Shown here: positions 12,850 through 25,996 of the stretch, in pieces
Layout of the letters: each line of letters starts with the position of its first letter
Numbering within the stretch: the stretch's first letter is position 1
NCBI GenBank assembly: GCA_013265495.1
Contig: MU058198.1
Coordinates: forward strand, 3,298,419 to 3,362,418
Direction of reading: 5' to 3'
DNA length: 64,000 nt
From: Vicugna vicugna
Lineage: Eukaryota
Notes under the pieces: model-generated
Seen by the model: only the letters and a program-made list of their open reading frames with translations
What the model was told of the DNA's origin: nothing
Database searches by the model: none
Translations under genes and position numbers: made by a program

Positions 12850-13310
12850 GTATTAGCTAACTACTGTTGGGTAACAATGATCCCAGAACCAAGAGGCTTT
12901 AAACAATAAACATTTATTATCTCATAATCTGTGTGTATCTGAAACTCGGGAGCAACTTTGCTTTAGTTCTGGCTCAGGATGTTTCAAGAAGGCTGCAGTC
13001 AGATATCAGCCAGGGCTGAGGTCACCTGCATGCCTGACCGGGGCTGGAGGACCAACTCCCCAGACAGTGCATGCTCACAGAGCTGCTGTCAGGAGGCCTC
13101 CGTTCCCTGTGTGCCTCAGTGTCTTCACGATGTGGAAGCTGGCTTCCCGCAGAGTAAGGGATTCAAGAGAACAAGATGGAAGCTGTGACGGATCACAGAC
13201 AAGTCACCCCTACTCAGCGTGAATGCCAGGAGGCAGAGATGACTGGGGGCCACACAGGGAAGCCTAGAAGTCCTATAGGGGGTCTTTGAGGCTGGCCACC
13301 ATCCTCCTTT
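12850..13310 (-). mobile_element. MLT1 (MaLR) solo LTR
   Basis: Reverse-orientation MLT1 3' end (tattagctaactactgttgggtaacaa...ggctttaaacaataaacatttattatctca) and ggctggccacca terminus; subfamily not assigned. Confidence 0.7.
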
Positions 13311-13703
13311 CAACTTTAGCTACTCCTAGTCATCCCAAGAAGAACATCTCATTTCAGAAACCCACAGACAGGGATTTACCAATAAGGGTGGAAGGAGGAG
13401 GTGGATATGAAGAAAAAGATGCAAAACAGGCAGGGTGGAGGTCTCCAGTCCAAGGACCAGGTCTAGAGAACTGGAAAAGAGGGAGAGACAGCCCTTAGGG
13501 AAGGGGGACACAGGCTGCCCAAATCCAGGGGAAAAGAGCAGCATAAAACCTAAGTGTCCCCCTGGGGCAGATGAGGAGGTTCTCCCCTTACAAGCCCCAG
13601 AGAAAGTCTGACAGCTAATTCAGCCCTGCTTGTCAATCACCCCGCACTGCTCCAAATTCAAACTGGCCTGAGGGCAGGACACTGAGTCCAGTTGCTGCCA
13701 AGC

Positions 13704-14100
13704 TGTTATATATGGGCTGAATTGTCCCCCTCTTCAAAACCTGTATGTGGAGCCTGAAGGCCCCCACCCCAGGGTTGTACTCCAGAATGTGGCTGAATTT
13801 GCAGATAAGGCCCTTAAAATCGGGCCTTGATCCAATCTGATTGGATTAAGTCTCCTCTCAAGACGAGGGTATTTGGACACACAGAGAGATACCAAGGGCA
13901 CACACAGAGGGAAGACCAGGTAAGGTGAGAGCAAAAAGGTAGCCATCTGCAAGCCAAGGAGGGAGGCCTCAGGAGAAACGAAACCTGCCAACACCTTGAT
14001 CTTGGACGTCCAGCCTCCAGAGCAGTGAGAAAAAAATTTTCTGTTGTTGAAGCCACCGGTCTGTGGGATTTTGTAATGGCAGCCGGAGCAGATTAAAACA
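13704..14100 (+). mobile_element. MLT1A/B-like (MaLR) solo LTR
   Basis: TG start (tgttata..gggctgaattgtcccc), internal gccatctgcaagccaaggagggaggcctcaggagaaac...ccttgatcttggac, CA end (gtaatggcagcc...aaaaca). Confidence 0.85.
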
Positions 14101-14395
14101 GGAGTCCTCTGGACTGCTCTGTGCAGCAGCCCCTAACCTCTGCTGTGCACTCTGGTGTGAGAACCAGACATGAAGCCTTCCTTTCTAGAGTCAGGGAACA
14201 GGTGAGAGGGGGCTGGGTGTCCCTGGCCACCTGATGAGGACAAGCCCGCCATATATGCACCTGTGCGCCCGTTTTCACTCCGGTTCTTTCCACAAGCTTC
14301 CGAGGGGGCCCCAGGCCTCCGGCTCCTCCCCGCTGACGGCAGTTCCCAGGAGAGCAGGTTCCTGCCTGACCGCCACTGCCCTGCACACCTTCTCT

Positions 14396-14479
14396 CTAGC
14401 TGGAAAGCACCTTCTGTATTCGTTCCCGCACTTCCTTTGGTCCCAAGGACACCATCATCTCAGCTACAGGTGGTCCTTG
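14396..14479 (-). CDS. EARS2: EARS2 exon 9 (last coding exon, 84 nt including TAG)
   Basis: TAG acceptor, then QGPPVAEMMVSLGPKEVRERIQKVLSS*; the nine exons sum to 1572 nt = 523 aa plus stop. Confidence 0.95.
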   Translation of the reverse strand, partial: QGPPVAEMMVSLGPKEVRERIQKVLSS

Positions 14480-14934
14480 CTAAGAACAAAAACAGAAAAC
14501 ACTCAACTTATTTAAACTGCCTGAGGAAATAACACCCAGCCTCAGTCTGCAGAAGGCACATCCCAGGCCAGCCCCAGCACTGCTGCCCGCATTCCCAGGA
14601 GCAGCGTTTGCATTTTATTGGCTTTCTGAGGCTGAGGATGGGTCCCAGAAGCCCGCCCTTCCTGGGTTGGTATGTCTGTTACCCCCAATTAACCGCCAGC
14701 TCCTTGAAGGCGGGGAGCGCATGTGTTTTATCACTACTGTATCCACTGAACCTACCACGGTCCTGCCCATGGCAGGCACCCAGTAAGTATCGTCTGCTGA
14801 ATGACTGCATGAGGGAGTGGGCATGTTTCATTCATCTGTGTAGCCCTAAAAAGGAGCTTAGTGCTGCCAGTGAATGTTAGCTGACTGGATGAATGAGACT
14901 CCACAGCATAGTCCAGCCCAGCTGCCCGCCTCAC

Positions 14935-15070
14935 CAGCTGTCCGCTGAGGGCCACTCGGAGGAGCTTCATCATGTGACTATGCTTGGTGCCTTCCAGACT
15001 TTCTGACAGCTTCTTCAGTTCTCTGTTCAGCACGTCCTGAGTTAAGCTTGTGCCAGATCCTTCCAGAAGC
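14935..15070 (-). CDS. EARS2: EARS2 exon 8 (136 nt)
   Basis: [47 protein letters not shown] and GTGAGG boundaries; phases match neighbours. Confidence 0.95.
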
Positions 15071-15519
15071 CTAGAAGAGGGCAGGTCTGTAAGGGGCCTC
15101 CAAGGGCCAATGGCAAGTGGGTGGAAGAAAGAACTTCATAAAGTTATCCATCAGCTATAAGATAAATCAACAGCACAGCCAATGGTGAAGCCCGCGTGGG
15201 AGAGGGGCGGAGGGAGGGAGTATCTACCACCCCCAGCCCCATCCTAGCTGGGGAAGAGACACCAACCAAGGGACTACAAACACAGAGAATCCAGGCGAGT
15301 GGGCATAATATAGAGAAACTAAAAGGATGCCATAATAAGAGGATTTACTAATTGCCACCTCTCCGTCATGTAATCTTTATGCCTCAGTTTTCTTTCTTGT
15401 TAAGTGGGGATAATAATAGTGTCTGCACCTCACAGGGCTATGGTGGGGCTAAGTTAAAACTTGTAAAGCACCAAGTACGTTGCCTGAACAGATGCCAAGT
15501 GCTCAAAAGTATTAGATCT

Positions 15520-15670
15520 GGGGGGAGGGTATAGCTCAAGTGGTAGAGTGCATGCCTGCCATGCACAAGGTCCTGGGTTCAATCCCCAGTACCTCCTCCT
15601 CCAAAACAAACAAACAAACAAACAAACCTAATTACCTCCCTCCCCCCATCAAAAACAAAAAGTAAAAAAT
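15520..15670 (+). mobile_element. tRNA-Ala-derived SINE (Vic-1-like), full length
   Basis: ggggggagggtatagctcaagtggtagagtgcatg...ggttcaatccccagtacctcc with A/B boxes, (caaa)n, cctaattacc and A tail; TSD tattagatct at 15510-15519 and 15671-15680. Confidence 0.9.
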
Positions 15671-17019
15671 TATTAGATCTTATATTCTAATAAAAAGTTA
15701 AGTATTTGCTAGCATTACATCCAAGAGCTCAGAGACACAGAAGGACACTTAGGAATAGGTTAGACACAGGATGGAAGAACGAAGTGCTCTGGGAATTGGC
15801 TTGAAACACAGTTTCTAGACTTCTGGTGGATGTAGCAGAGAGGAGCAAAAAGAAAGAAATCAGACATAACACTTCTCTGCCCACAAACTAGAACACCTTA
15901 AGGATCTAAACTCCAAAGGGCCAGCAAGCACTCCCCACTTTCCTGGGAGTCCAGCCGAGATCCTCTCCCAAAAGCACATCTGAGTTCAAGAGAAATTCCT
16001 CAGAAATTCCTCAAGCTGCTCTAGCAGGACTTGCGAAAACTTGGTCCCAGCCCTGATTCTGAGTTAGAGCAAGAGACGGGAACAAGGTGGGGGCAGTCTA
16101 TCCACACCCAAAAGAGATTGAGGCTGGAGATGCTGACCAGTGCAGACGATTCATGACGCCAACCCTGACACCGCCTGCTTATGACAGGGCCCAGACACCA
16201 CATTCCGCACGTCGCCACGGCCCAGGGTACTGGGACAAATGACCTTTTACTGCAGATTTCCTTCGTCCCTCCAGTACCTGAGCAATTCAGGATCAATTTG
16301 AGAAACAATCATTTTTACTGCATCTTAAAACTGGACCAACGGGGTAATTATTATTTATGAAATGGAGGAGAGGAAATATTGAAAATACAAAACGTAATGT
16401 GGGGAAAAAAACCAGACATGCTCCTCAATGTCACCGTGGGGAAGCGGGCTGCCGAGGAACTGATGAAAGAGTGACAGGCGCCAGGCGGCCAACCGTGGCA
16501 GCCAGACACGTCAGAGCTAGCCCAGAGCTTGGCCTGGGCACAGAAGGGACTTCGAGAGATCTGGCAGCCTCTAAACATTTGGGTGTCAGCTTTCCTGCCT
16601 TGAGTTGGAGCCCCAGAGTGTCTTTAAAATCTAATCCCGTGGCAGGGATGGGGAGTTAAGACATTAGTCTAGTGAACTCGGACTAACAGGCCCTACTGTG
16701 GAATGTCCTAAATTACGGGAGTGTTATTATTAATAATAGCTCTTAGGAATTTATTCTGGAAATAAACTTGCAAAGGTGTTCACTGATGTCTATTCAAGGT
16801 TATTTGCTGTGGCATCATGTGTAACAGCAAAATTTGGAAGCAATCCAACTGCCCATCAAGAGGAGATGAGTTAAATAAATCATGGTAAAGTGGCAGGTGC
16901 AGCCGAGAAGGGACTGAGGATGCTCTCTAAGCTCAGGACGGATCTAAAGACATATTGTTAAGTGAATAAACAGAGAAACAAGCAAAAAAAAACAAACAAA
17001 AAAACCCCCAAAAAGACAC

Positions 17020-17150
17020 TTAGGGAATATAGACATTATTTTGTAAACTTTAAATGGAGTATAATCTATAAAAATTGAATCACTATGTTGTATACCTGAA
17101 ATTAATATAATATTTTAATTCAACTACAATAAAAAAAATGAAAAAAAAAA
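17020..17150 (+). mobile_element. LINE-1 3' tip
   Basis: agggaatatag...gaatcactatgttgtatacctgaaattaatataatatt...caactac followed by poly(A). Confidence 0.7.
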
Positions 17151-17689
17151 CAAAAGCGATATTAGTGTTATTGTATTGTACCTTTCGTGCAAAAAAAGGT
17201 GGAAAATAAGAATGGTTATTTAGATATAATTAAGAATAGTAGTAACATCCAGAGAGGGTTCTGGAATGGGGCAGACGGGGAAAAGGGATTAAAAACAGGA
17301 CTCCCAATATGTACCTTTTTAAAAAATTCCTAAGTCATAAGCTCAGGTTTAAGAGGTTTCAATGTTTTAGTAATAATTAAATTTTACATTTTAAAAAACT
17401 TAGAAGAATGGAGTTACATACACATTTCCATGAACATGGACACGTCACAAGGTGCTAAGAGGGGCTGCCTTTGTGCTGGGGGCTGAGGAGGAGGGAAGAC
17501 TTGTTTTTGGCTATAAACCCTCTTACATTGGTGGTTATTTTTTGCCACATTACTTATACTCTCACCTCTTCAAAATGTATATTATAACAACATACAGAAT
17601 ATGTCATACGTATTATAATAATATACTCATTTGAGGCACTCACTGTCCAAGCACTTTACCCCACGGAGAAGCAACAGAGAATACGGTTA

Positions 17690-17860
17690 GATATGTGGTC
17701 TCTCGCCCCAGCCAGCTCGGGTTTCAACCTCTGCTCCTCCAACTTACTAGCTGTATTATTCTAGACAAGTTTCTGAGCCTCTCTGTGCCTCGATTTTCTC
17801 ATCTGTAAAAAGGGGATTATAACAGCAGTTACTTTATTAGGCTGCCAAGAATTTAAGTGC
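17690..17860 (+). mobile_element. MIR SINE fragment (representative of many in the window)
   Basis: MIR core: acttactagctgt...ctctctgtgcctcgattttctcatctgtaaaaaggggattataacag. Confidence 0.7.
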
Positions 17861-19329
17861 ATACACGCACACATAGCACACATATGTGTGTATGTGTCTA
17901 ACATATAAAACACAACATAGCACGTTGCAGGCATGTGTGTAAGCCAACATATGCATAAGTGTTTGCTATTATTACCTAATTTAATCTTCACAACAAAGCC
18001 AGGAGGTAAGTAAAATGGACATTTGTGGGGTTTGCCGCTCAGCATCCATCCCACCTTTTTTCTGTTACCAATGCCTCAAATCTCCCTGCGGAATTACTCA
18101 GCTTGCATCCTCAGCCCACAAACTTTGGCCGGGGGTCCACTCAGGGCCCCGCATCCGACCTAACCTAAGCTATTAAGCATGTCACATTCTCCAGGCCTGG
18201 TGACTAGTTTGGGAGCAGAAAAACCAGGCCCATCAGGCCCCATCAGTGTGAATCTCAAGACACAGCCTTAGTCTGAGGCTGAGGTTTTGCACGTGGAGCT
18301 GCCCCAAGGCTGTCTTCCCACCACAGCAGAGACCGAGAGAGAGGCAGCTTATGATCCCCGGATCCTTTCTCCCTCTCACGAGTATTAATAATTTTTAGCT
18401 GGGCAGATGGTGGCTAAGGTAAAATCGACACTTCCCAGCCTCCCTTGTCACTTGGCGTGGCCACAGGACAGGCGCTCGAGCCAGTGGGATCTGGGCGGAA
18501 ACGAGTGTGTACTTTTAAGTCAAGTCCTTGAGGGAAGGGAGCTTCCTGTCCCCCTGCCCTTTTCCTCCTTCCTCCTCTGGCTGAATCGTGAGCCACCATG
18601 GACCACGGGGACAAGAGCAAAACCTAGGGACCACAGGACCCTGGAGATGTGGAGAAAAGCTGTTCAGCCCTGAACTGCCCACTCCGAAGGCAGGTAAGGG
18701 AGAAGTGCACTTGTCTGTCTGGCAGAGAGTCCCACCCTCCATCTACCTTACACAGATCCTCTGCAGAAGCCGTAGCCACATGGGGCAGAAAGTCAAAGGG
18801 ACTGAGGGAGAAAGTCGGTTTTGGTGACATATTTTTGGTCCCTGCATTGATCTGGGCTTCAAGTCAGCCCTTCTAGCCTCTGCAATGACACAGACCAGTC
18901 ATTCCCCCCTTGCTTATGCCAGCTTTGGCTGCATTTTCTGCCCTTGTAATCTAAAGAGTTCTGTTACTCTCACAGTAACAACTAGTATCACCTCCACCCT
19001 GCAGAGGAGGAAACGGAAGCTCAAAGAAGGTGCAGTAACTTGGATGAATTGAAGTCACTTGGGCAGGTGAACTAACTGGGCCAGTGAGTGGCGAGGCTGG
19101 AGTGAAACCCAGATGGGTCCAGTCCCAGAGCCAGAAGACACTGCCTCTTCCGGGGAGAGCCCAGCTGCTCGAGGTGAGCCCTTCTACCAAGATAGAGCGA
19201 GCGATTATCCCATCAAGAACCTCTCACCAGCTCCAGGGTTGTACTGAGGGCCTCACAGCCAAGCCCTGAAGTAAAGGGGGCCCTGGGAGGGAGGGAGTAG
19301 AACCTCGAGCTCGGCCTGGGGAAACTCAC

Positions 19330-19460
19330 CCCAGCACTCGCTCAGCAATGACATCCACCTTCTCGGAGATGGCGCCCAGCTGTGCCCGACTCACGGCAGG
19401 ACGAGTCCACAGGTAGGAGTGCACTGGGGAGACCAAATCCTGCAGGCGGCAGATGTGATG
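19330..19460 (-). CDS. EARS2: EARS2 exon 7 (131 nt)
   Basis: [44 protein letters not shown]; tttccccag acceptor and GTGAGT donor. Confidence 0.95.
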
Positions 19461-19552
19461 CTGGGGAAAGAGGTGGTCACTGACTACTGGGGAAGCGGGA
19501 GGAGTGGAGCGCCAGCCACTCCATCCGTCTCCCCGAGCTCTCCATCCCACAC

Positions 19553-19706
19553 CTGTCTCAGCAGGATGATCCGCTCCACGTAGGCTGGGTCCAGGACGTG
19601 CCTGTCTTGCAGCTGGCTCCCAAACACCTCCTCCACGAGGGCCTGCAGCTTCCCCACCAGCTGGCGTCTCTGGGTCTCCTCGCTCACCAGCCGGCGGAGG
19701 TGCAGC
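19553..19706 (-). CDS. EARS2: EARS2 exon 6 (154 nt)
   Basis: [51 protein letters not shown]; ctgcag acceptor and GTGTGG donor. Confidence 0.95.
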
Positions 19707-21875
19707 CTGCAGAGGAGCCAAGAGACCATCCTGCTGCCGGCATCTCCAGCCCAGTCAACCCTCCTCCCCAGGGGATCAAGAGGGTTTGAAGATGACACCT
19801 TATGTGAGCTGCCCTCCCTCCATCCTGGCTGGAGCAGAAGGGATGCTGTCGACTGACAGTCACTCCAGTCTGCCGGTCCCTCTGCTCCCCGGGTCTCTCA
19901 CTTGGCCCACCGCCCTTCCCTATGCTCCTTGCCTGGCCTCTACCTGCACCAGAGTTTACAAAGCAGACCTGAGAGTGCCTGCCTCCTCACAGAGTTTGAA
20001 GCATGGGGCTCTGGCACAAAAGGGCAGAGGGTAAGAATATGGATTTCTAAGATTTAGGGCCACAAGGCGGTACAGAAGGCAGAGCTGTTCGAATTCAGGG
20101 CTCACGGTTAAAAAGTTCAAGTTTTCTTGTCAGGTCAAATTTTCTCCTTTTCAGCATTCCTCTGTTTTGTTCTCTCCTTCAGAAGCAGCAGAGCTCTAAG
20201 ACTCTGACCCTCTGCCCAGGCACTGTCAGTCCTCAGTCCCTAGGCCACCCTCACCCTGTCTCCAGCAGGACTGGGGGGTCCCAGGGGCGAGAGCAGCGCA
20301 GGGCCGAGCATTCTGTAGGTGCTTGGCCCCCATTCCTGGTGTAGGAAAGAAAAACAGGCAGCAAGGGATGGGTGATGATCTCATGGGCTCTGAGATAGGA
20401 CAGGCCTGGGAGTGAAGCCAGCCCTGCCAGATGTCTGTCTGCAGCAAGTTACACAGCCATTCGGCGTTCAGGGCGCTGTAACTGTGGGGACACGGGGCCT
20501 CGCTCCCAGGGCGCCGGGCAGAGCAAACGAGGGATTATCTGTAAGGCTGTGAGCACGAGGCTGGAGCCGGGCAGGGAGACTGAGCAGAGGCGTGGGCAAG
20601 ACAGAGGGTACAAGGATGAGGCCCTCTGGGGAAGTTATCTGGAGCACGTATTGGCCCCAAAACATCATTTTCTACAAAGAAATGAAGAAAAACCACATGA
20701 AATTTGTACTGAACCTCCTGAGTACTAGAAGAGAAAGTGGGAAGAAAGAAATCAAGGGACCCTAGTGGCCAGGCTTGAGGTAACCCATGGAAGGTCCAGG
20801 GCCTGGAACACAGTAAGTGCGACAAAGCTGTCAGCTACTGTTGCTACCGCCACCCCGCCGCCAGTGCTGCCGTGACAGCTACTGTTCTGTCTTTACTACT
20901 GTTACTGAAGTCACCACAGCAGTGGCTTGATCACAGAAACAACCAAAGAGCTCCGGCCGCATTAAACCCGTGGGCAGCCATCTCAAGGCCACATCCCCTC
21001 CCCGGTTCACACGAAGCAAAAGCCCACCTCCATCTTCCTCAGGCTCCCCCTCGTGCTTTGGGGTGACTGGAAGGGGTCACAAAGCATCTCCCCTGTGCCG
21101 ACCCCATTCCCCTAGGGGATACTGCTCTCTCCCTGATGAGAAAGGTACAGCACGAGCTGCGTTCAGCGTGCATGCTGTATTTGCTCCTGAGCGCCCCATG
21201 CAAGACATGCTCACTGTCTACTGCGTGAACTTGGTCTTGGACTGGTTACTTAACTTCTTGATGCCTTGATCTCATATGCACGACAGGGCAAATTCATACA
21301 ACTGACCTTAGGTCTGATGAGGGAAGTAAGTGAAGTAATATCCTTAATACGCCTCAGCTGATGTGAATTCCCCGGGCTTATACGGGTAAAGTACCAAGGA
21401 AAGCCTGTCCCCAAACCAGAGCTCGCGAGAAGGCCTTGAGGAGTCCCCGCCCTCTAAGTACAAAGCCGTCCGCCGGCTTTACCGCTGATGCCCTCAGACT
21501 GAGACATGACATCAGCGATCCAGACTGCAGCTGTGGCTGGAGGTTTCAGAGGGAGGAACTACTTGAAATGTAAACCAGAAGCCAGGGGACAGCGCACTCA
21601 CTGTGGCAGCCGGGCGGGGGAGGGGCTGATCAGGAATAATGGACGGCAGAAACACTAGCCGCCATTTACTGAGCACTTTCTCCTTGAGAAACACTTTGAT
21701 GCAGCATTTAGCTGAACTGAACTCTTACAACCGCACAAGGTGGGGACCGTTACTAGCCCCATTTTAGAGAGGCTCAAAAGGGTCAGGTGACTTACCATTA
21801 GATCCTCCGCTGTGGGGACCCAGCACCAGCAGGAAAACCCTTTTCTATGAGGGGGCTCTCCGGAGTCCCCGCTCA

Positions 21876-22010
<135 letters not shown>

Positions 22011-22874
22011 TCAGCCCCACCCTGCTTCCATGTTCAACCACAAGGGAGGCTGACCAAAGGGATTCGACTTCTGGCTACTTTATATATCCAGGGCCTGAAT
22101 GAGCTTCCTTTTGCAGAAAGGGTTCTGTCACTAAGGAAAAAAAAAGCTGGAAAACAACCTGGCTAACCTGACCTTCAGTGCCCTCAATGACACAGGAGCC
22201 CCAAGAACAGTCAGCTCACTGCCTGGCTGTGCCCCAGGGATCCGGACTCGACTGGGTGTGGACGGGTCTCAGTGGGAGTGTATTTTACAAGTTTCCTGGG
22301 TGATTTCAAAGAGCAGCCCGAGTGAGAACTGCTGTGCCCGGGGCTGCTTCTCCCAAGCAGTGGCTCCATCCTATGCGCTCAGAGGCCATCCTGGTCAGGC
22401 TCAGGCCCAAAGTGAGCCTCTGCCACGTCCCTCACTAGTTGTGACTTTGACAAGTTACTCAGTCTCTCTGAGCCTCATAATCTTCTTCAAACAGTGGGGA
22501 AGATAAACACCTCTCAAAGATATTTTAAAGCTTAAACGAGAAAAGAGCAGAATAAGTAGTAACAGATTACATTATGGCTACATTTTCAGCAATCACCTCC
22601 CAAAGGGTCATCCTATTTGGTCCTTCTTCAAGATTTGGGCCCTAAGTCTTGGGCTATGGATAAGGGTTCAGCTTGGAATAAACTAGGGTCATAGTAATCC
22701 TAGTAATGCTGTCCGAGTACACATTTGCACTAGCAGCAATAATATAATTACAAAAGTCACAGCATCTGGAATTTTTGTGCTTATTGTGTTGCGGATATTG
22801 CAGTGGTGCCTCGTACTCAGGAGCTCAGTGAATCCTAATTTAACTCTATAATGTAGACACTTAACCCCATTTTA

Positions 22875-23621
<747 letters not shown>

Positions 23622-24194
23622 CTATGAGTCACTAAGGGCCCCGGTGACTGGCATGAGTTCTGCCTTGGTCACTGATAACTGCATGACCTTGGGCAAATCA
23701 TTCACCTCTCTCAGCTGTCTCATCAGTCTTGAATGGGGACAATAAGGTTATTGTGTGGGAGAACTGAGTGAGACAACGTAGCACAGCAAACACAAGCTGG
23801 TCTCCCTTCTTTCTTGCTAACGAGGAAATGTCAAAGTCCCAGGCCAAGGGGGTGACTCATGGGCGAACCGTGACTGGTGCAGCCACCACGCAATCCCATT
23901 CCCCCGCCCCACTGACCAGTCCATGTAGGATCCTTCTAGTCACTGAGATTCAAAGAAAAGTATGCCTGGCGGGTAGGGGAGGATTAAGGTTCTAGGAAAG
24001 ATTCTCTGTCCAAGTGAGAGTGAGCTGCAAGCTGCGGCAGCCACTTGTAACTGACGGTGGGAGGCGGAGACGAGGGAGCCAGAAAGTGGCCAAAACAGAA
24101 TCCCAACTTCTCAAAGCTGCTACTTTCATCCCGGAGTCACCCCCCTCCAAGACTTTCACAGAATGAGAGGCTAAATGTTTGTGTGGTTTACGCT

Positions 24195-24360
24195 CTGGCT
24201 ACTCAAAGTATGGTCTGTGGCCGCCAGCATCGGCCTCACCTGGGAGCTTGTCAGAAAGGCAGCATCGCAGGCCCAAGCCCAGACCTGCAAAATCAGAAGC
24301 TGCATGTTAACTAGATGCCCAGGGGATTCTTCTGCATGCTAAAGTATGAGACACTCTGGT
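24195..24360. mobile_element. MER5A-like hAT DNA transposon
   Basis: ctactcaaagtatggtc...cagcatcggcctcacctgggagcttgtcagaaa...ccccagacctgcaaaatcagaa...aaagtatgagacactctg. Confidence 0.7.
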
Positions 24361-25247
24361 TTGTCCCTTTTAAACAGAGTATTTGTTACTCCCCAGAGAG
24401 TCCTAACTGATACAAAATGCAATGCTTGTAAGCACAGTCCTTGACACTGAGCCAAGTGTTCAATCATAGACGGCTGCATGGATTTTAGGATAGGGCATGA
24501 CTGTAATTTTTAAAAATAATCTTCTGTCAATGGAAAAGTAGACTCCTTACAATTAAAAAAAAGGCAATCCTGTAGTGAATGTTGTGACCTTGTACAGGTA
24601 CCCGAGCTCTTGTCCAAACAGCTCACTGAAACTACAACTTGAATGTTATGATGCTGATGGGAGTCCAAGCTAGTAAAGGGCCACCAGGCAGGATCTATCA
24701 GAGTGGCAAATTGACCCGGCCATTCCAAACCTAGGGAGGTAATCCAACAAACACACGGCGCATGTGCAAAATGATATACGTCAATGCTGTTCATCATCGT
24801 TCTCTTTTTTTTTGTTGTTGTTCTTCTCTTTTTATAACAAAAGATTAGAAATGACATAGGTGTTCATCAGTAAGGAACTGATCACGTAAGTCATGATATA
24901 GCCATGTGATGGAATACTATGCAAGCTAAGGAAATTTATGGACTGATACAGACTGATCCTCAAGAGAGTACATGGGATCTGTAAGCTGCATGATGCGTAT
25001 TTTGTGTGCAACCATCTGAGTGGGGAAGACAAGAAATCATATGCGTTCTTTAGTGTAGGCACTGCGTGTCTCCGGAGGACACGCAAGAGAATTCTAACAC
25101 CACTTGTCCCCGGAGAGGTAACTGCGTAGCCAGACTCAGGGTTGGGAGAGATCTTTACATATGCGTCTTTCTAGACATGAGAAAATTTTACTTATTCAAA
25201 ATAACAGACAATATAAGTTATTTTATATGGTACTGCCAGAGGCCCGA

Positions 25248-25740
25248 TGTGGCAGGCAGAGCTGACATGGCCCCAGCAGTCGCCACGTGCTGGTGTTTCT
25301 GCCTCATGTTCTCCCTGCCCTTGAGTGTGGGCTGGACCTAGCGGCTTCCTTCTAATGAACAGAGCACAAAACAGGCAATGATATGTCACTTCCTCGATTT
25401 GGTCAGGCAGAGACAGCAGCTCCCACCTCCCTTGCTCTCTCCTGCCTTCTCTCTGCTCACCCTGAGGAAAGCCAGCTGCCAAGCTGTGAGCTGCCCTGGG
25501 GAGGGGCCCAAGCAGCAAGAAACAGAGGTCTCCAGGCAATGGCCTCAGATAGAGATGGAGGCCAATCCTTCCAGGGCCCAGCTTCAGGGTAACCACAAGC
25601 CTGGCCAAGACCCTGACTGCAGCTTTGAGAGAAACCCTGAGCCAAAGGACCCAGCTAAGCTGTTCCAGACTCCTGACCCACAGGAACCCTAAGTTAGGAT
25701 GTTTTGGGGTCATTTGTTACACAGCGACAGCTGACAAACA
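25248..25740 (+). mobile_element. MLT1 (MaLR) solo LTR in EARS2 intron 3
   Basis: tgtggcagg start; gagccaaaggacccagctaagctgttccagactcctgacccacaggaac; ttgttacacagcgacagctgacaaaca end. Confidence 0.8.
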
Positions 25741-25783
25741 CACCCAACCCTGGGGAGGTACCCATGATGGGCTGGGGCTCTCA

Positions 25784-25996
<213 letters not shown>

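Noticed and set aside
25192..25713. 173-aa minus-strand ORF
   Set aside because: Lies within an MLT1 LTR fossil; chance open frame.
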